Assembly: GCA_976551045.1 (NCBI GenBank)
Contig: CDPCPM010000053.1
Location: forward strand, 310,001-374,000
DNA from: Glaucostegus cemiculus
Lineage: Eukaryota
Reading direction: 5' to 3'
Length of the DNA: 64,000 bases
Part shown: piece after piece, positions 12,070 through 26,600 of the stretch
Layout: each line of letters begins with the position of its first letter
Numbering within the stretch: the stretch's first letter is position 1
The notes under the pieces: generated by a model
Seen by the model: the letters and a program-made list of their open reading frames with translations, nothing else
Told to the model about the DNA's origin: nothing
The model's database searches: none
Position numbers and translations under genes: made by a program

Positions 12070-12750
12070 CAATGTTGATGTGCAGTAAGAACTCGATGTC
12101 CAATTCCACTGCTGACTAGAAGAGGGAATGCAGGTCGATAGAGTTGTGAAAAAGACATAGACATGCTTGCCTTCAGAGGTTGGGGCACAGATTATAGAAT
12201 TTGGAAAGTTATGTTTCAACTTTACAAGACAGTGGTTTGGCCAAACTTTATTGCCAACATTTCTGTTCACCAGTTAATAGGAACTAAGCGATTGCGCTTG
12301 AGGGAGTGCAGAGGAGACTCGGCAGCACACTCCCTGGTTTGGAAAAACATGCTTCTAGGGACTGGATAGGTGGTTTTGATTTCTCTTCAACGAAGAAGAC
12401 TGAGTTGTGACCTGCTATTATCTAAAATTATGAGAGGAATGGAAGGCATTGACAGTAGAAATACTTTTTTATTGACATAATGCAAGATGGAAAGGTTTAA
12501 GATAAGAGATTCGAGTGTGAAAGGGGTCTGAGGGGGTCAGTGTTTGACGCAGAGAGCTGTTGATATCAGAAAGTTGCTGCCAGAAGAAGTGGTTGAATCA
12601 GATGAAGTTACCATGATTAAGAGTCATTTGGACATATTTATAAACATCCTAATGGAGGGAAATTGAATTAGTGTAGATGGGCAAAAAGCTCGGCATGGAC
12701 AAAATGGGCCAGGTACAGTTTTGCGCCATACAACTTTATGTTGTGGATCG
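12070..12750 (+). mobile_element. CR1 LINE 3' fragment (paralog 28850-29550)
   Basis: VMFQLYKTVVWP-like CR1 RT C-terminus and CR1-type 3' UTR, decayed. Confidence 0.75.
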
Positions 12751-13254
12751 CTGAACAAAATGTGTCATTACCTTTTTAAATAAAATACTCTAATCTGCTT
12801 CAATGATTGTTGATTCTGATATCTTACTGAGTGTATCTTTAGACGTCTATGGTGGAAATTAAGCATATTGAACTAGAACAAAGGATTATTTGTAACGCTT
12901 GGAAAATCAAAGTATTATGAAGGTCAAAATCCTTAACACACGATTGCACGTCATCCGTGCTAATAAACTGTCCCTGTTTGTGAAGACTGTTTCTGCAATA
13001 GAAGGTTAAGCAGATGAAGGCCAACGTCGTCAAACGGGCGCCATCCAAAATCTCTAACACCAACCCACCCAAAACAGGAGCCCATCCTTCTTTATACCCA
13101 TGTCATGCAACACGACCTCCGGCTGCTGTAACTACCGCTATAGAACGTCTGCAGCTTCTCTGAGATGAACCTGACACTAAATCGGGCAAGCAAAACACCA
13201 CTCTGGAATCTCTTTTGCAGCCACAGAATCTTTGACTATCACTGCCGCCTTGAT

Positions 13255-13390
13255 TGAATTCCACCTTACACGCTGAGCCTCAACAGACGACCCTCAGAAG
13301 TATCCAAAGCGATATTCATGGTGCTGAATGAAACAGCCACGGGGACACCCTGCACTGTCTGCTTCTTCCCCTTACCTCTCCTGTTGGACC
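13255..13390 (-). mobile_element. Short CR1 ORF1 fragment
   Basis: RRGKGKKQTVQGVPVAVSFS..ALDT resembles the ORF1 segment of the CR1 at 52600-53400 (RQIVQRTPEVVSLSDKFSALEA). Confidence 0.45.
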
Positions 13391-13689
13391 TCAGCCCAGA
13401 ATCCGACTCAAGTAAGGCCGTCTCCAAACTTCTTTCACGCATCGTCATGGTGCATTTGATGCAACCTGCAAAACAGTTAACCACAAGTCTCTGTATTTAA
13501 GGTGGTCGCAGTGTTAAGTAATTAAGGACAGTTTTCCATTACAAGTCAATTTCTTAAGGTCCATTTGTCTGATTTTCTGAACACTGCAGAAGAGCGCAAT
13601 ATGACGTCAGATATAGGGAATGTAAATTCCAAATTAATAACCGTTGGCAACTTCATGCAGCTAAACCTTAGTGAAAATCGAAGTATTGG

Positions 13690-15638
13690 GATGCAGGTTT
13701 TTTATCACTGAAACATGCCGCGATTTTTTTTTATTTTGTGGCGGTAGTATAGTGCAAGGCAGAAAGACATAAAAAATACTATTAGTAGGAATAATAAAGA
13801 TAATGGGGTCGTGTTCATGAGCTCATTGAGCATTCATATATCTGATGGTCTGATGCCAGTAGTGAAGAAGCTTTTGGTAATACGTTGAGTGTGGGTCTTC
13901 AGGTTCCTGTACTTCCTCCCAGGTGCCAGTAATGTGAAGAAGGCGTGTACTGGAGGTGAGGGTCTTTAATGATGGATGCTACTTCTTGAAGCACCGCCTC
14001 TGGAAGATGTCCTGGAAGATTGGGAGGGTGCTGCTCATGTTGGAGCTGGCTGAGTCTCCGACTCACTGTTGTCTTCTTTTGATCCTTCACATTGGATTCT
14101 CCAAACTCGGGGTTAATGTAACAAATCAGAATGTTTTCCACAGTACATGTGTAGAAATTTGCAAGAGGTGACATAGCAAATTTCCTCAAAATCTGAATAA
14201 AGTAAAGGAGCTGGCGTGCCTTCCTCCTGATTTGGTCAATGTATTGGGTCCAAGATAGATCCTCCGAGATATTCATTCTCGTAAACATGAAGTTGATCAC
14301 CGGTTCCACCCTTTCCTTCAGTTCACAATCAATTCCTTGTTCTTGATGACATTAAGTGCGAACGTGTTTTTGCAGTATGACTCAACCAACTGGTCTATCA
14401 TACGACTCCTCATCACCATCTGTGATTCTGTCAAATATGGTGTCAGCGGAGAATTTATGGATGGCATTTGAACGGTGCCTAGCCACACAGTCATGAGTGT
14501 AGGGAGAGTAGAGCAGTGGGCTAAGGACGCACCCATGAGGTGTATCTGCATTTATTGTCATCGAGGAGGCACTACCGATACGCACTGATTGCGTCTTCAA
14601 ATAAGGAAGGCTGGGATCCATTTTCAGTCAGGGGGGAAGCAGAAGTACAGGTTGTTAAGCTTGTTGATTAGTGCTGAGGGGTTGATGGTTTTGATTGCCT
14701 CTCTGTATTCGATAAACATCGGCCTGATGTATGCTTTGTTGTTGTCTTAGATTCTCCAAAGCCGAGTGGGGAGCCAGTGAGATTGGCTCCAGTGTAGACC
14801 TGTTGCGGTGGTAGGGAAACTGCAGTGGGTCCAGGTCTTTAATCAGACAGGAGTTAATTCTAGCCATGAACAACTTCTCAAAGTATTTCGTTACAGTCGA
14901 TGTGAGTGCTGCCGGTAGATAGTCGTTGAAGGCAGCTCACCCTGGTCTTCTTGGGCACCGGTATCATCAGTGCCCCTTTTAAGCAGGTGAGAACCTCAGG
15001 CCGCAACAGCGAGAGGTTGACGATGTCCTTGAACACTGCAGCCAGTTGGTCGGCACAGATTTTCAGTACCCTCTCAGGTACACCGTCGGGTGTTGTGTAG
15101 TGTCATTATCCCTTTCAATGACATACAAGTGCACTGTCATTATCCCTTTCAAAGTGTGCATAAAGGCATTGATCTTGACGGAGAGTGAAACATATCTGCC
15201 ACTTATTCTGTTTAGTTTCTCCTTAGGGGAAGTTATAGCATGCAAGCCCTAGCACAGATGCCGTGCATCCGAGTGGCTTCCCTCAGAATTGCCTTTTCGC
15301 TCAAACCATGGCCTTCCGTGCGTCGCAGCTGGACTTTATGTAGGGTTCTGGATATCCGGTTTTGAATGTCACAGATCTCGCCCTCAGAAGACTTGAATCT
15401 CCTCGTTCATTCAGGTCTTCTGCTTTGTTAAGATTCGGGAGGTTTCGAAGGCAGACACTCATCCACGCAGGTCATGATGAAGTCCGTGATGGCTGTGGCA
15501 TATTCATTCAGTTACGACAGTGAATCCCTAAATATATTCCAGTCCACTGGTTTAAAGTAGTTCAATAAACACTCCTCCACCTCCCTGGATTTCACCTTTG
15601 CAGACCTCAGCACTGGCGTTGGGTGCTTCATTCTCTGC
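13690..15638 (-). mobile_element. Rex1/Babar-type LINE, RT and 3' portion (5' part continues at 20272-21260 beyond the Gypsy insertion)
   Basis: LDPLQFPYHRNRST, PHGCVLSPLLYSPYTHDC, KFSADT, FYTCTVENIL motifs. The reading frame LLPTYRQ/RMKHPTPVLR rejoins across the Gypsy element. Confidence 0.85.
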
Positions 15639-18600
15639 TGTTATGTTTGTTCTTCATCACGAGACAAACTTGGCGTGGGTTTAACATCTGAACATTTTAT
15701 TAGAACAGCAAAGCAACAACAACAGACTGTACAGACTGCAAAGAGAGGCTGTCTGGCTTTTCTCACACTTTCCAGCCACTTCCTGTTCCCCCATATTACC
15801 CTTTCCATTGTCGCTGGGAACTGCAGTTCTTTATTACAACTACATAATAACACATACTAACACACCTTCCCCTTTGAAGAAAAAAAAGCAAACACAATAC
15901 TCTGTCCTTATAAACCTACCAAGAACACTTGTCTACTTAGCAGCTTTCAATCAGTCTTTGAGATGGTTTTATGGTCCCTGTTGGTCTGGTACTTATTTCT
16001 GCCGGCGTGTTGCTTTCATTTCCTGCATTGGTGTTTTACTTGTACCTCTGGTCCACAAGTTCATTTTCTCCATATGCTGGCCCCTTTGGTGTACTGACAG
16101 GAGACGGGTTACAGCCATGGGTCGAAGATTGTGGCCGTAGATCCATGCGGTTCCCCCTCAGAATCGTCCTTCGCTCCGTCTGGCTATAGTACGAATGTAG
16201 ATTGACTTACTCTTGCACAGCTCATTGCATGGATCGTTTGTCAGAATCATGATCTCAGATTCGCAAATAATGCCCAGGTTTCAAGACTAGTAGGCATTTC
16301 ACTGTCTTCTCCTAATTCTGTTTCTGCTTTTCTTTGTTTCATCTTTAGCCTGTTTGACCTTGTGTGCTCCTTGAGGTGTCAACAGGTTTTCATGTATTGG
16401 AAGGTTAGTGCGAATACATCGACGCATCAGCAGTTGGGATGGTGAAAGTCTGATCTGCAGTGGCACACTATGTACATCATTGGACTTCGATGTAAATCCT
16501 CTCGTCCATCTTGCGCTTTCTTCATGAGACCCTTCACTACCTTAACTGAACTCTCTGCGAGGCCTTATGACTTTGCGTGATGTGGGCTTGAGGTTATATG
16601 TCGAAACCCCCCAAACATTGACAAAGGATTCAAACTCACTCTCGAATATTGTGGACCATTGTGTGATACTACTTCACATGGATCTCCATGCCTCACAAAC
16701 ACATCTTTCAGGAAATTGATAACTGCTTGGCTGGACGTTGATTGCAGTGTTGCAGACTCTGGGTAATTGGAAAAGTAGTCTGTTGCAACAATATGGCTCT
16801 TCCCACTACAGTCAAATAAATGCACTCCAACTTTGATATGCGGCCTGTCTGGTACAGTATATGGTATAAATGGTTCTGATTGCTGCTTTTGTCTGTAGGT
16901 AAATCATATTTCACATGACGCAGTAGTCCGGCTGAAGTCTTGGTTCATTATTGACCAGTACGTCACTTCACGTGCTCTATGTTTACACATTTCCTCCCCA
17001 AGGTGCCCTTCGTGTATATTCTGGATCATCTCCTTGCGTAGTGACACTGGAATCACAAAACTGTTGCCTTCGAAACCATATATTTCACTACAGACAGTTC
17101 AGCTCTGCATGCCCAATAGTCCCGAATGCACATTGGAGAATCATCCTTTTCTTCTGGCCATCCTTACCATATCGTATCTTTGTGTACCTTCATTGTTTCA
17201 TCTGCTCTGCTGCTTTCCTAGTGTGCTCTGTTCTACCCGGATATACTGGAAGAGAGCTGACAATCATGTCAACAAAGGCCTGTATAACTGCGTTAACCTG
17301 TTAGTCACTTTTTTCCGGTCTTGTCCACTGCTCGAGACAGAACATCAGCAGCAAACATATACTTTCCGGTGTGTAGCTCACCTTCACATCATATTTCTGC
17401 AGTATTATCCACATGCACTGTATCCTCACGGAACAGTCATTCAGTTGTACATAATGAATTCAAAAGGGTTATGTCTGTCTCTACTTCAACAGCTTGCCAA
17501 CATATGTCGTGGTGGAACCTTTCACATGCAGATGTCGTGGAGAGAAGCTCTCTCTCTATTTGTGCATAGTTGGCTTCCGCACTCGTTAAAGCTTTTGATG
17601 CATAGGCCACAGGTTGAAATGTGCCATCATGCTGCTGCAGTAGTACTGAACCAAGGCTGTGCTGGGACGCATCAGCTAATATCCTGATTCACTTTTCTGG
17701 TTTATAAAATTTCAGCACGGGCTCTTCATTTCGGACCCGTTTCAACGTCAGTAAAAAAAAACTCTTCTTGCTCATGAGACCAAAACCATTCAGTTTTTTG
17801 TTCCCTGAGGGAGTGACCTAAGTGGTGCTGACACTGTTGACAGACGAGGGATGAACTTATCCAGGGAAGTCACCATCCCTAAGAAACGTCTCACTTCCGC
17901 ATTGTTTTGAGGACTCTCCATGTTTTAAATGGTTGATATCTTTCTTGGGTCAGGCTTCACCCCCTCTTCAGATATGACATCTCCTATGAAGGTCAGTGTC
18001 TTCACATCAAACTCACATTTCTTTTTATTTAATTTCAAATTGACTTTCCTTGTCACGTCAACCACTTGTCTCAGTTGACCAACGTGGTTCTCTTTGGTGG
18101 ACCCCCAGACGATGTTGTCATCCATCATGATCTCCACACCAGCTATGCCCTCTAAAAATCATGTGGATGGTTTTATGGTAGACGTCTGCTGCAGGCCGTA
18201 TCCCAAATGGCAGCCGATGATAGCGATGTCTTCCATTGTTGTGTTAAAAGTACACAGTCTCCAACTTGCCTAATCAAGCTTCACCTGCCAAAATCCAGAC
18301 GATGCGTCGAGCTTGCTAAATCATTTGTCACCTGAAAACAGAAACATGATCTCTTCCTGTGTTGGCAATTTAAAATGCTCTCTCTTGATGGCTTTTCTCA
18401 GATCGCTTGGGTCCAGATATATCCGTAATGCTCCATTTTTCTTTTGCACGGTGATCAGTGAACTCACTCAATCTGTTGGTTCTTCAATTTTCAGTATGAT
18501 ATTCATTCGTTCCATGCGTGCTAATTCTTGGTTAAGTTTATCTCCAAGTTGAAACGGAACTTTCCTGCATGCATGGACCACAGGAGCCACTACCCCATCT

Positions 18601-20268
18601 ATGTGAATTTTGTGTACACCAGGAAAGCATCCGAGCACCTCAAAGACATCAGGATACTCTTCCATGAGTGCTGTGTGGTCATCTTTGGTATGTGAAGCTA
18701 CTATGAAAGCTCTTTTCACTAGGTGGAGCTTTACGCAGTCAATCGGACCTAATAGTAGCTGTACTCGCTTTTCTACAATCAGTAGCTGTGATTTTTAAGT
18801 ACTGCCATTTGTGCTTAAAGGTCACCATACAGCCCTCTTTTACTGGAACTTTCTCTCCAGTGTAGCCTGTCACTTTTAGCTTTACAGGGTAAAACTAACT
18901 CTTTACTGTGAGAGTCTTATAATCATCCATGAACAACAGATTCACCTGAGCTCTGGTGTCAAGCTCGAATGGAATTGCTGTCTCATTCACCGTTATTGGA
19001 AGAATCCATTGTTTTACCAGCAGCCTCAGTCTTAATAGAATCTCTAAAGAATTCCTCAATTTTCTCATCAACTATGTGCATCTTTCTCTTGTTGGACCCA
19101 GCTTTACAGCATCTTGCAAAGTGATTCTTCTTCCCTCAGCTATTGCAGGGCTTCCCATAAGCACGACACGTCATTGGAATGTGTTTACCTCCACATCTGC
19201 TGCATTTGCTGTTTGAGCCTTCCTCTTTGGTTTGCTGTTAATCTCCGAAACTCCTTGGGAACTACTTCTCTGTTTTCACAACATGTACTGTTGTGTCTGC
19301 TCTGTAAAGCTCGTTAGCTTGTGCTCGTATGGCTTCTGCTGACCTACAAGTATTCATCACCTTTTCCAGGGTCAAATCATTTTCACGCAAACATCTTTCT
19401 CTGCGTCCGTTATCTGGAATTTCACAAACTATTCTGTCTTTAACTAGTAAGTTTCTCAAATCTCCAAATTCACAAGGCTTACACAGTGTGCGAAGATCAG
19501 CTGCGCATCGGTCGAAGCTAACACCTTGATTCAGGTTACAGAAAAAGAATTTATATCCCATGTTTTACTTGGGATAAAATGCTACTCAAATCTTTCCATC
19601 AGCTGCCCAACTCAAAAGCTATTTCATCAAAGTGAAAGCTGTTATAGATGTCCAAAGCATCTTCGCCAATCACGTGCAGAAATATGGACGCTTTCAATTT
19701 TTCATCGTTTCTTCCCACTCCACTAGCATATGAACATATGTTGAATCCCTATTTGAAGCGTTTCCAATTATCGTCTAGATTGCTTTTAAACTGCATAGGC
19801 TTGGGAGAACATAGGTGATCCATAATAGGAAATCTCGGCCTCTCACCTGAATCTCTTTGGCAAATCCGGTGCATGCTGAACTTCGGGAACAATGTGCTCG
19901 ATCGCCACGTTGGCCGGCTTTTTCTCCGTCTTTTTGCAGCTTTTCCTTCGTATTTACTGAGTCACTTTCTCAACTGCACACAGTATTCGTTTACTTTCCT
20001 TGTTCAGACCTCAAACCAACTTCTGATACCATGTTATGTTTGTTTTTCATCACGAGACGAACTTGGCGTGGCTTTAAACGTCTGAACATTTAATTAAAAC
20101 AACAAAAAAACAACAAAAGACTGCATAGACTGAGGCTGCACAGGGAAAGACAGGCTGGCTGGTTTCTTCCGGTCTTTCCAGCTACTTTCTGTTACCCATG
20201 TGACCCCTTGCATTGCCTGTTGGGAACTGTAGTTCTTTATTAGAACTACATAATAACGCATAATAACA
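15639..20268 (-). mobile_element. Two-LTR decayed Ty3/Gypsy element, copy B (3' LTR 15639-15862, 5' LTR 20032-20268)
   Basis: Two TG...CA LTRs, PBS at 20019-20031, and polypurine tract AAAGGGGAAGG next to the 3' LTR. Order gag-PR-RT-RH-IN (integrase TDYFSNYPE, HNGPQY, HITSSPH). Probable CTGC target duplication, with 3 extra nt on the right side. Confidence 0.93.
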
Positions 20269-20271
20269 CAA

Positions 20272-21260
20272 CTGCCTATATGTCGGGAGTAGAACTACAA
20301 CCAGATGATGGGACTTGACGAAGTAGGACATGGGATTGCATAGGTAAGTGTTTTTGATGGTGGTATAGCAGTGATCGAGTGTGTGAACTCTTCTAGTTTC
20401 ACAGGTAACATGCTGTTGTTAGTTGGCCAGAGACTTCTTCAAGATGGCCTAGTTGAAGTCTCCGTGATGGTCAGGAAGGCATAAGGGGGCGCTGCCTCCT
20501 GACCAGAGATCACGGTGCTCAGCTCCTCCAGTATAAGATTGACACTTGCCAGGGGTACACCGCAACCATGATGACGTTAGTGAACTCCCTCCGCAGGTAG
20601 AACGGACGACACTTGAACATCAGATGTTCCAGACCGGGGAGCAAAACTGAATCAGAACTGTCACGTCTGTGCACCACGAAGAGTTAATCATGAAGCCAGC
20701 ACCGCCGGCTCTGCCTTTACCTCTTGCTGCCGTCCGGTCCATGCGGTGGATGGCGAAGCGCTCAGGCTGGAGCTCTGATTTCGGAGTGCTGTGGGTGAGT
20801 CCTCTCTCTAAGAAGAAAAGTATCTAACAGACCCTGATGTCCCTATGGTTTTGTTGTCTTGCTCTGAGGTCTTCCATTTTATTTACAATAGACTATACAG
20901 TAACCAGGAGGATGATAGCCGGGGGGATTGGGGGAGGAGGGACTGAGACATGGCCCTGCCTGCGTCTCAATTTTACCTGCCATCATGCCTGCAGCCACGT
21001 TTTCTGAAACAATGGAGACGTTCCCTGAGGTGGTGGTCTAGAGTCCCGAGCCTGCCGGTTGTTACGATCGCTAGTTTCTTTAAAGGACTTGAAATAATGT
21101 TGTAAGCGGGAGCGTTGGGATCTCTCGGGATCTGCTTTAAAACTGTTTGCTCTCTCTGGTGCCATTTCCTTGAGGCATTGCAAACAAGTAATCATGCCAG
21201 AGTGACATCTTGAAAGTGTTTGTGCTTACTGCTTAATAAAGGAGACTTCAGTGCCTTCGC
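20272..21260 (-). mobile_element. Rex1/Babar-type LINE 5' portion, copy B
   Basis: Paralog of 3385-4370. Confidence 0.75.
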
Positions 21261-21406
21261 CGAAATAACAACAGAAAGATTTACAAATGCTCAATACCCT
21301 TTTAACAAGTGAGATTTAAAACTACCTCTTTTCAATTTTTTCTCATCTTTACATTTGTTTCGTTCCAGGGCGGAAACGCAGTCAACAGAAGAAAACAGAA
21401 TTCAGA

Positions 21407-22026
21407 TCAATAATGGAGGAACCTAACCACAAAGTAGCACTGAAGTATAAGTGCGTAGGAAGCGCTGATGACTGTTGCGTTTGGGGACCCGTGAACTCGC
21501 GAGGCACCTTCTCCAGCTTGTGGCTTTGTTTCCTCTAGCGATAGCTGTTCATTGTCAGTTGATATTTCCGTTGGCCACTGATGAGATGAGCCCATGAGAT
21601 CAGGTTTAGTTCAGTTCTGCACACTTCTTAATGATTAGTTTCGAACAAGCGATCGTTAAACGTTATGTTTACATTTGCCTCGACGAATGTGAATTAAAAT
21701 GCAATTCTCAAGCTTATTTAGCTAAGGATTCAAGCTCATGGAATGGGCGCAGGAATATAATGTGAGACTTGCGGATTCATTTTCTCCAACAGTGCTAATG
21801 TTTAAAGGATTAAATAAAAGTTAGGTTCAAACCTGACCCTAGTAACCTATACCCTAGCACACTTCTCTTGTGTCGGCTTCCCTCTTGTGTCTGCTACTTC
21901 AATCTCCAAGAAAGTACATCTATTTTGGTTGCAGGCAGCTCAGCCAATGCTCCTTGGAACTTTCTGCAGCTTCTTTGCAAGCTGGCAGTTTTTTACTTCG
22001 GTTCCGACTGTCACTGCAGGAACTAA
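21407..22026 (-). pseudogene. Possible remnant of an antisense gene with a GPI-signal-like terminal exon, copy B (exons 22026-21853 and 21577-21407)
   Basis: 174-nt phase 0/0 exon LVPAVTVGTEVKNCQLAKKLQKVPRSIG*AACNQNRCTFLEIEVADTRGKPTQEKCAR joins in frame to WPTEIST...SASYALILQCYFVVRFLHY*. One internal TGA. Confidence 0.3.
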
Positions 22027-22841
22027 CTGTGAAATTGTATGAACCTCAGAATGTAATGTGGGGGATGGGCATTGCAGTAAGAATAGAGGCGATTTAATTC
22101 GGACACTCATGGCTAAACTAAAACGTTAATAATGAAATCGGCAATGGATTGACGTGGACAGAAAGAGAGCGTAGGTAACAAAGGGATGTAGAGAATGTAG
22201 ATTAACGCAGTAATGGCAGTGAAATTATCATCTGAAACCTAATAAACACAAGTAGAGAAGGACTCAAAATAACAACTTAGAAGCTAACAGTCAGTTCAGA
22301 AGTGACGGCATTTGGATTATTGTATCTTCGCCGTCTGATCGAATAACGCTTCGTGGATATTAAATAGTGTTTCCAAATCTTGTTATGTCCATAGCGTGAA
22401 ACCATCTTGACAAGTTTAATCTGTTAGTTTCTCTTCAGAACGCTTATTGCATGTTATCGAACCAGTAGCGAGTGCATCACACTTTTCTCTTTCCGCGAAC
22501 CTCAGCAGCAACACGTTGCAAATGGCCCCTGGTTAGACAACAAACAAATGGAAACATTCTAAGAATGACGTCAAAACAACGCTTGCATTTTTCCACTAGC
22601 AGTTTCCAGAATCTGCGATTTCAGTAGTTGTTACAATTAACAACCTAAACGTTGCAGTTATTCAAAGGTATTGTACATGGACGCTTCATCCACAGAAAAC
22701 AATCCTTTCACTCAGACTGTAATAATATAAACTAAGTCCAACGAATGGATTGGCTAAGTAAGCTACCAACCGAACTATGAGGTGCCATAAGCAATCAAGC
22801 AGGAGTAAACATTGTAGACCACAGTTTTTGTTAGTAACAAT

Positions 22842-23062
22842 AGAAGAAAGAAGAATCAAGATAGAAAGAAAGAAGGAAGGAACGAAAGAAAGAGAGAAAG
22901 AGAAAGAAAGTGAAAATGAGAGAAAGAAAGATAGAATGAAAAAGAAAGAAAGGAAAGAAAGAAAGAGAGATAGAGAATGAAGGAAGGGACAAAGAAGGAA
23001 AAGGAGAAAGAAGGAAAGAGAAAAATAGACTGAGAATGAAATAAAGAGAGAAAGAAAGAAAG
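22842..23062. repeat. GA-rich microsatellite
   Basis: Degenerate (GAAA)n/(GA)n tract. Confidence 0.9.
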
Positions 23063-23201
23063 ACACAGCAGACTTCTGAATGAAAGTAGCTCTTTAGTCT
23101 CCATTTGTTGTGCTGCCGTGCAAATTGAGGAATATCGCCGTCTACTTCATGTTTCAATGGGTCTGATTTTGTTCGACATATATCAAATTATCCGATTATA
23201 T
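23047..23201 (-). repeat. Left arm of the inverted repeat, copy B (partner 25258-25412)
   Basis: Paralog of 6173-6327. Confidence 0.92.
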
Positions 23202-23629
23202 GAAAATAGCGTGAAAAACTTGGTTAAAAATCTTATGCGATTTATTTGTGCTTCCAAGTTATTGTTTGCGTCTTTTGTTTAGTTAAGATACATCCCTTAA
23301 ATGTATCAGCTCTGAAATTAACAACTGGAGTGAGTTTCGTCTGGTAAACAGAGGACCTATTTCAGGGATTTAAGCAATTAATTCATGTCGCTATCGTCCT
23401 TTCTTGCCAGCGAAGAATGATCGACTTGTGGCTCGATTATTCACACCATAATTCTTCCCCTGACGTCAGATTTTATTTTACAAGATGTTCACTTCTGTAT
23501 TGGCAGCATTTCAATGTCAGGTGACCTCACACGTGTGCATGGACGCATCGGAGGTATCGGTATATTCGCTGCACTTTCATCAACTTTCTGTCAGTCGCAC
23601 GGAAAGATCAATCTATTTTCTTCATCAGT

Positions 23630-26600
23630 ATGTTAATTCGCGGTCTACTTTTATACATCTGTTCCTGGAGTACATTGTACAGAGGTACAAGTTAAATCTG
23701 TTTGTTTATTGTTAACTCTTCATGAGACAAAATCGCACAAATGCTGTCACGCAAACTTAATCTTCATTTCAAGAGAATGTGTGTTTTAGATGTAACATGT
23801 TCCCTCTGTCCTTGTTAAAATGAGGAGAATTTTAAGTTGTTTTGAAATTCTAATGCTGACTGAAGTAAAGCAGATATTGTTTGTTTTCCCTAATGGTAAT
23901 TGTTATTAATTTATGCATCACTGGACCTAACTCAAAATAGTTTTTATAGTGCAGATTATCTTCGCTAAAAGGGAATGATTTAACCCCAATTTTCATGGTT
24001 TATTCATAGCCACTTTGCAGAGTTCTGGCAATGAACCAAGCAGCGTTGTGCAACATAAGGCTCTCAAAGGGACAAACGTTACCTGGCGTTGTCCTTTCCC
24101 CTTCCAGCTGGATCCATCGAAAGTAAGGGTTTACTGGTGGAGAGGTGCAAATCGGACTCTCCTCAATAAAGACAGCAGAAAAGTTTTCATTGTAAAGAAG
24201 GGTTGTGCTTATCTTCATCTCCTGAATGTGACCATTACGGACGCTGGCCGATATCACTGTGCAATCAAGTATGAAGATCAAATGGCTGGAAAGGAAACTG
24301 AAGGGGAACTTTTTGTCTATGGTGAGCGTTGTAAACATGTGAAAGTGCCTAGGTATTGGAATGTGCTCCGAACAATGGCCACAAAAATATATCGCAGGAA
24401 TTTAATAACAGATATACAAAGTTAATAGCAGGCTAGCTTTGCTTCTGGATCACATTGAACTCTCTCAAAAATATATTGCTAATATGAAGTTAAATAGTGT
24501 GGAACAGTATTGCCCAAATATTGTTTTATCTGTATTTTCTTATTCTACGTTTAGCCGCACCTGCTCCTTTGAAGATTGTTTCCATACAATCAGAATCCCC
24601 ATCTCCATTTCCGAATCTCCAGTGTGCAACGACAGCATTTTACCCAAAGGAGTTTAATCTTACCTGGTATAAAAATGGGACCGAAATCCGGACTGGAATT
24701 GAGAATGAACTAAAGACCAACACAGATGGGTTATCCGAAGTTATCAGCTTCTTACAAGAAACGGAAGCAGTGAAGGGCAGCACCGTTTACACCTGTCGGG
24801 TACATCATATTTCTATTTCAATTCCAGCAACTGCCAACTATACGGTTCCAATTACAGGTAACGTGACTCCATGCTCGAAGTTCCATCATAAAGTGCAAAA
24901 TAGATTATTTCATAAGATATATTAGGAGCTGTCATTTAATATTCTGTGAGACGAATGGACAATATCCACTATTCAATTTCCATCTAAGTGGCTGCAGACG
25001 TCCACTTTATTATTGGTTTGAACCAAACCTGAGATATACTCGGCACTCAGATTATCTCATGGCAAATACCCTAGGCAGCATGATCATACATGCGCGGCAA
25101 TTAATCTAAATAATGTAGTCTGAACATGGCTGATGCCAAAAACATAGTGCGAGGGGAATGGAAAGAATGGATGACACAGTGTGCATACTTCAAGTAAAGC
25201 AAAATTCTCGCTCAGTTCCAGTAAATTCAACCTGTACTGCTGTCAAAGCAGGTAAAGATATAATCGGATAAATTGATATATGTCCAACAAAATGAGACCC
25301 ATTGAAACATGAATTAGACGGCGATATTCCTCAATTTGCACGGCAGCACAAGAAATGGAGACTAAAGAGCGACTGTCATTCAGAAGTCAGCAGTGCCTTT
25401 CTTTCTTTCTCTGGCTATTCTGGCCGCAGGAACGCTCCGACTACCCTCCTCCCGCTTAGTGGGTCTAACCACCCGTTCCGTTGTTTATTTGAAGCAAATG
25501 TGAAATGCATTGGACGATCATTAATTACCACATGTACCAGCCGTAAGCAAAATGTTCAAAAGATCAGAGTAGTTAGTTTGACGATACATTGTGGACAGAT
25601 TGATGAAAAAATCTACCCGGATAAATTAGCACAAGCTGAATTATCGTGTAACATGTAATCTCGGGAATCCTGGAAACAACAAGCATCTCAACGTTAAAGA
25701 AAGGCACAAACTGCTGGACGAGTTCAACGGATTAGAAAACATCTACGGAGGGAAATGGGCAGTCGTCGTGTGGGGTCGAGACCAACTGGAGCAGTCTGCC
25801 TGACCTGTGAGTTCTTCCAGAAGATTTCTCGGCACTATATTCCAGCATCTGCAGTCTCTTGTGGCAGCATCCCAAGTTCATCTCAAGGAAGCACGCCGGC
25901 AATATCTCGCTACTGAGCCAAATACGGAATAAGATTCACGCTGTTCCAATTTACTGTGGGATTTAATGATCATACAAAACAGAAATTAAGAAATGAATAA
26001 TCTCCCTGACTGTAACTTCTTTTTTCAAATTTTGGGAATTTATATCCTGATTGATTGTAACCTATTTCAATCTTTATGTTTCGTAATACTGAAAATAAAT
26101 GAACGCACTTGAATTATTCTCCCACGTGATGCAAGGTCATGTATAACAAATTATGCTTCGACAAAATGGAAAGTTAGCGTTGGTTCTCAATTGGTTCTTT
26201 ACCTCTTATTTCTCATTGTGCAATTAGCCAATTCTTGTCAGAGGAGCATGTAGTATGTAGACAGGACGGTTGTTAATTTGAACCTTTTTATATCGGTTAA
26301 CTATTGCGCAGGTTCCAATGAATCATCTCAATTTTATGCTGCCATAATTGCTGGAAGTGTCGGAGGTGCGGTGTTAATTCTGCTGTTGACAGTCATGCTT
26401 TTGAAAAGAGTTCGACTCAGAGGTATGACGTTCTTCTTTACGAGCTTTCTAATGGCGTATTTTAACAAATTAGTTAATCAAGAATTCGACAAAATCACTA
26501 GTGACGAAGGGAAAAAATATTTCCAAGATCCCTACTGGCAGCACCTCCGGTACGAAATTCCTCAGTTATGTTTCCAATGTATACTGAGAAAAATGTCTTG

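Larger units (their letters stand above)
1..13060. repeat. Tandem segmental duplication, copy A (homologous to 16887-29865; begins left of the window)
   Basis: Colinear identity at an offset of ~16.8-16.9 kb from position 1 (=16887) to ...tctctaacac at 13060 (=29865), after which the sequences diverge. Confidence 0.95.

Noticed and set aside
21940-21942. Selenocysteine reading of the shared TGA
   Set aside because: No SECIS recognised, and copy A is also frameshifted.
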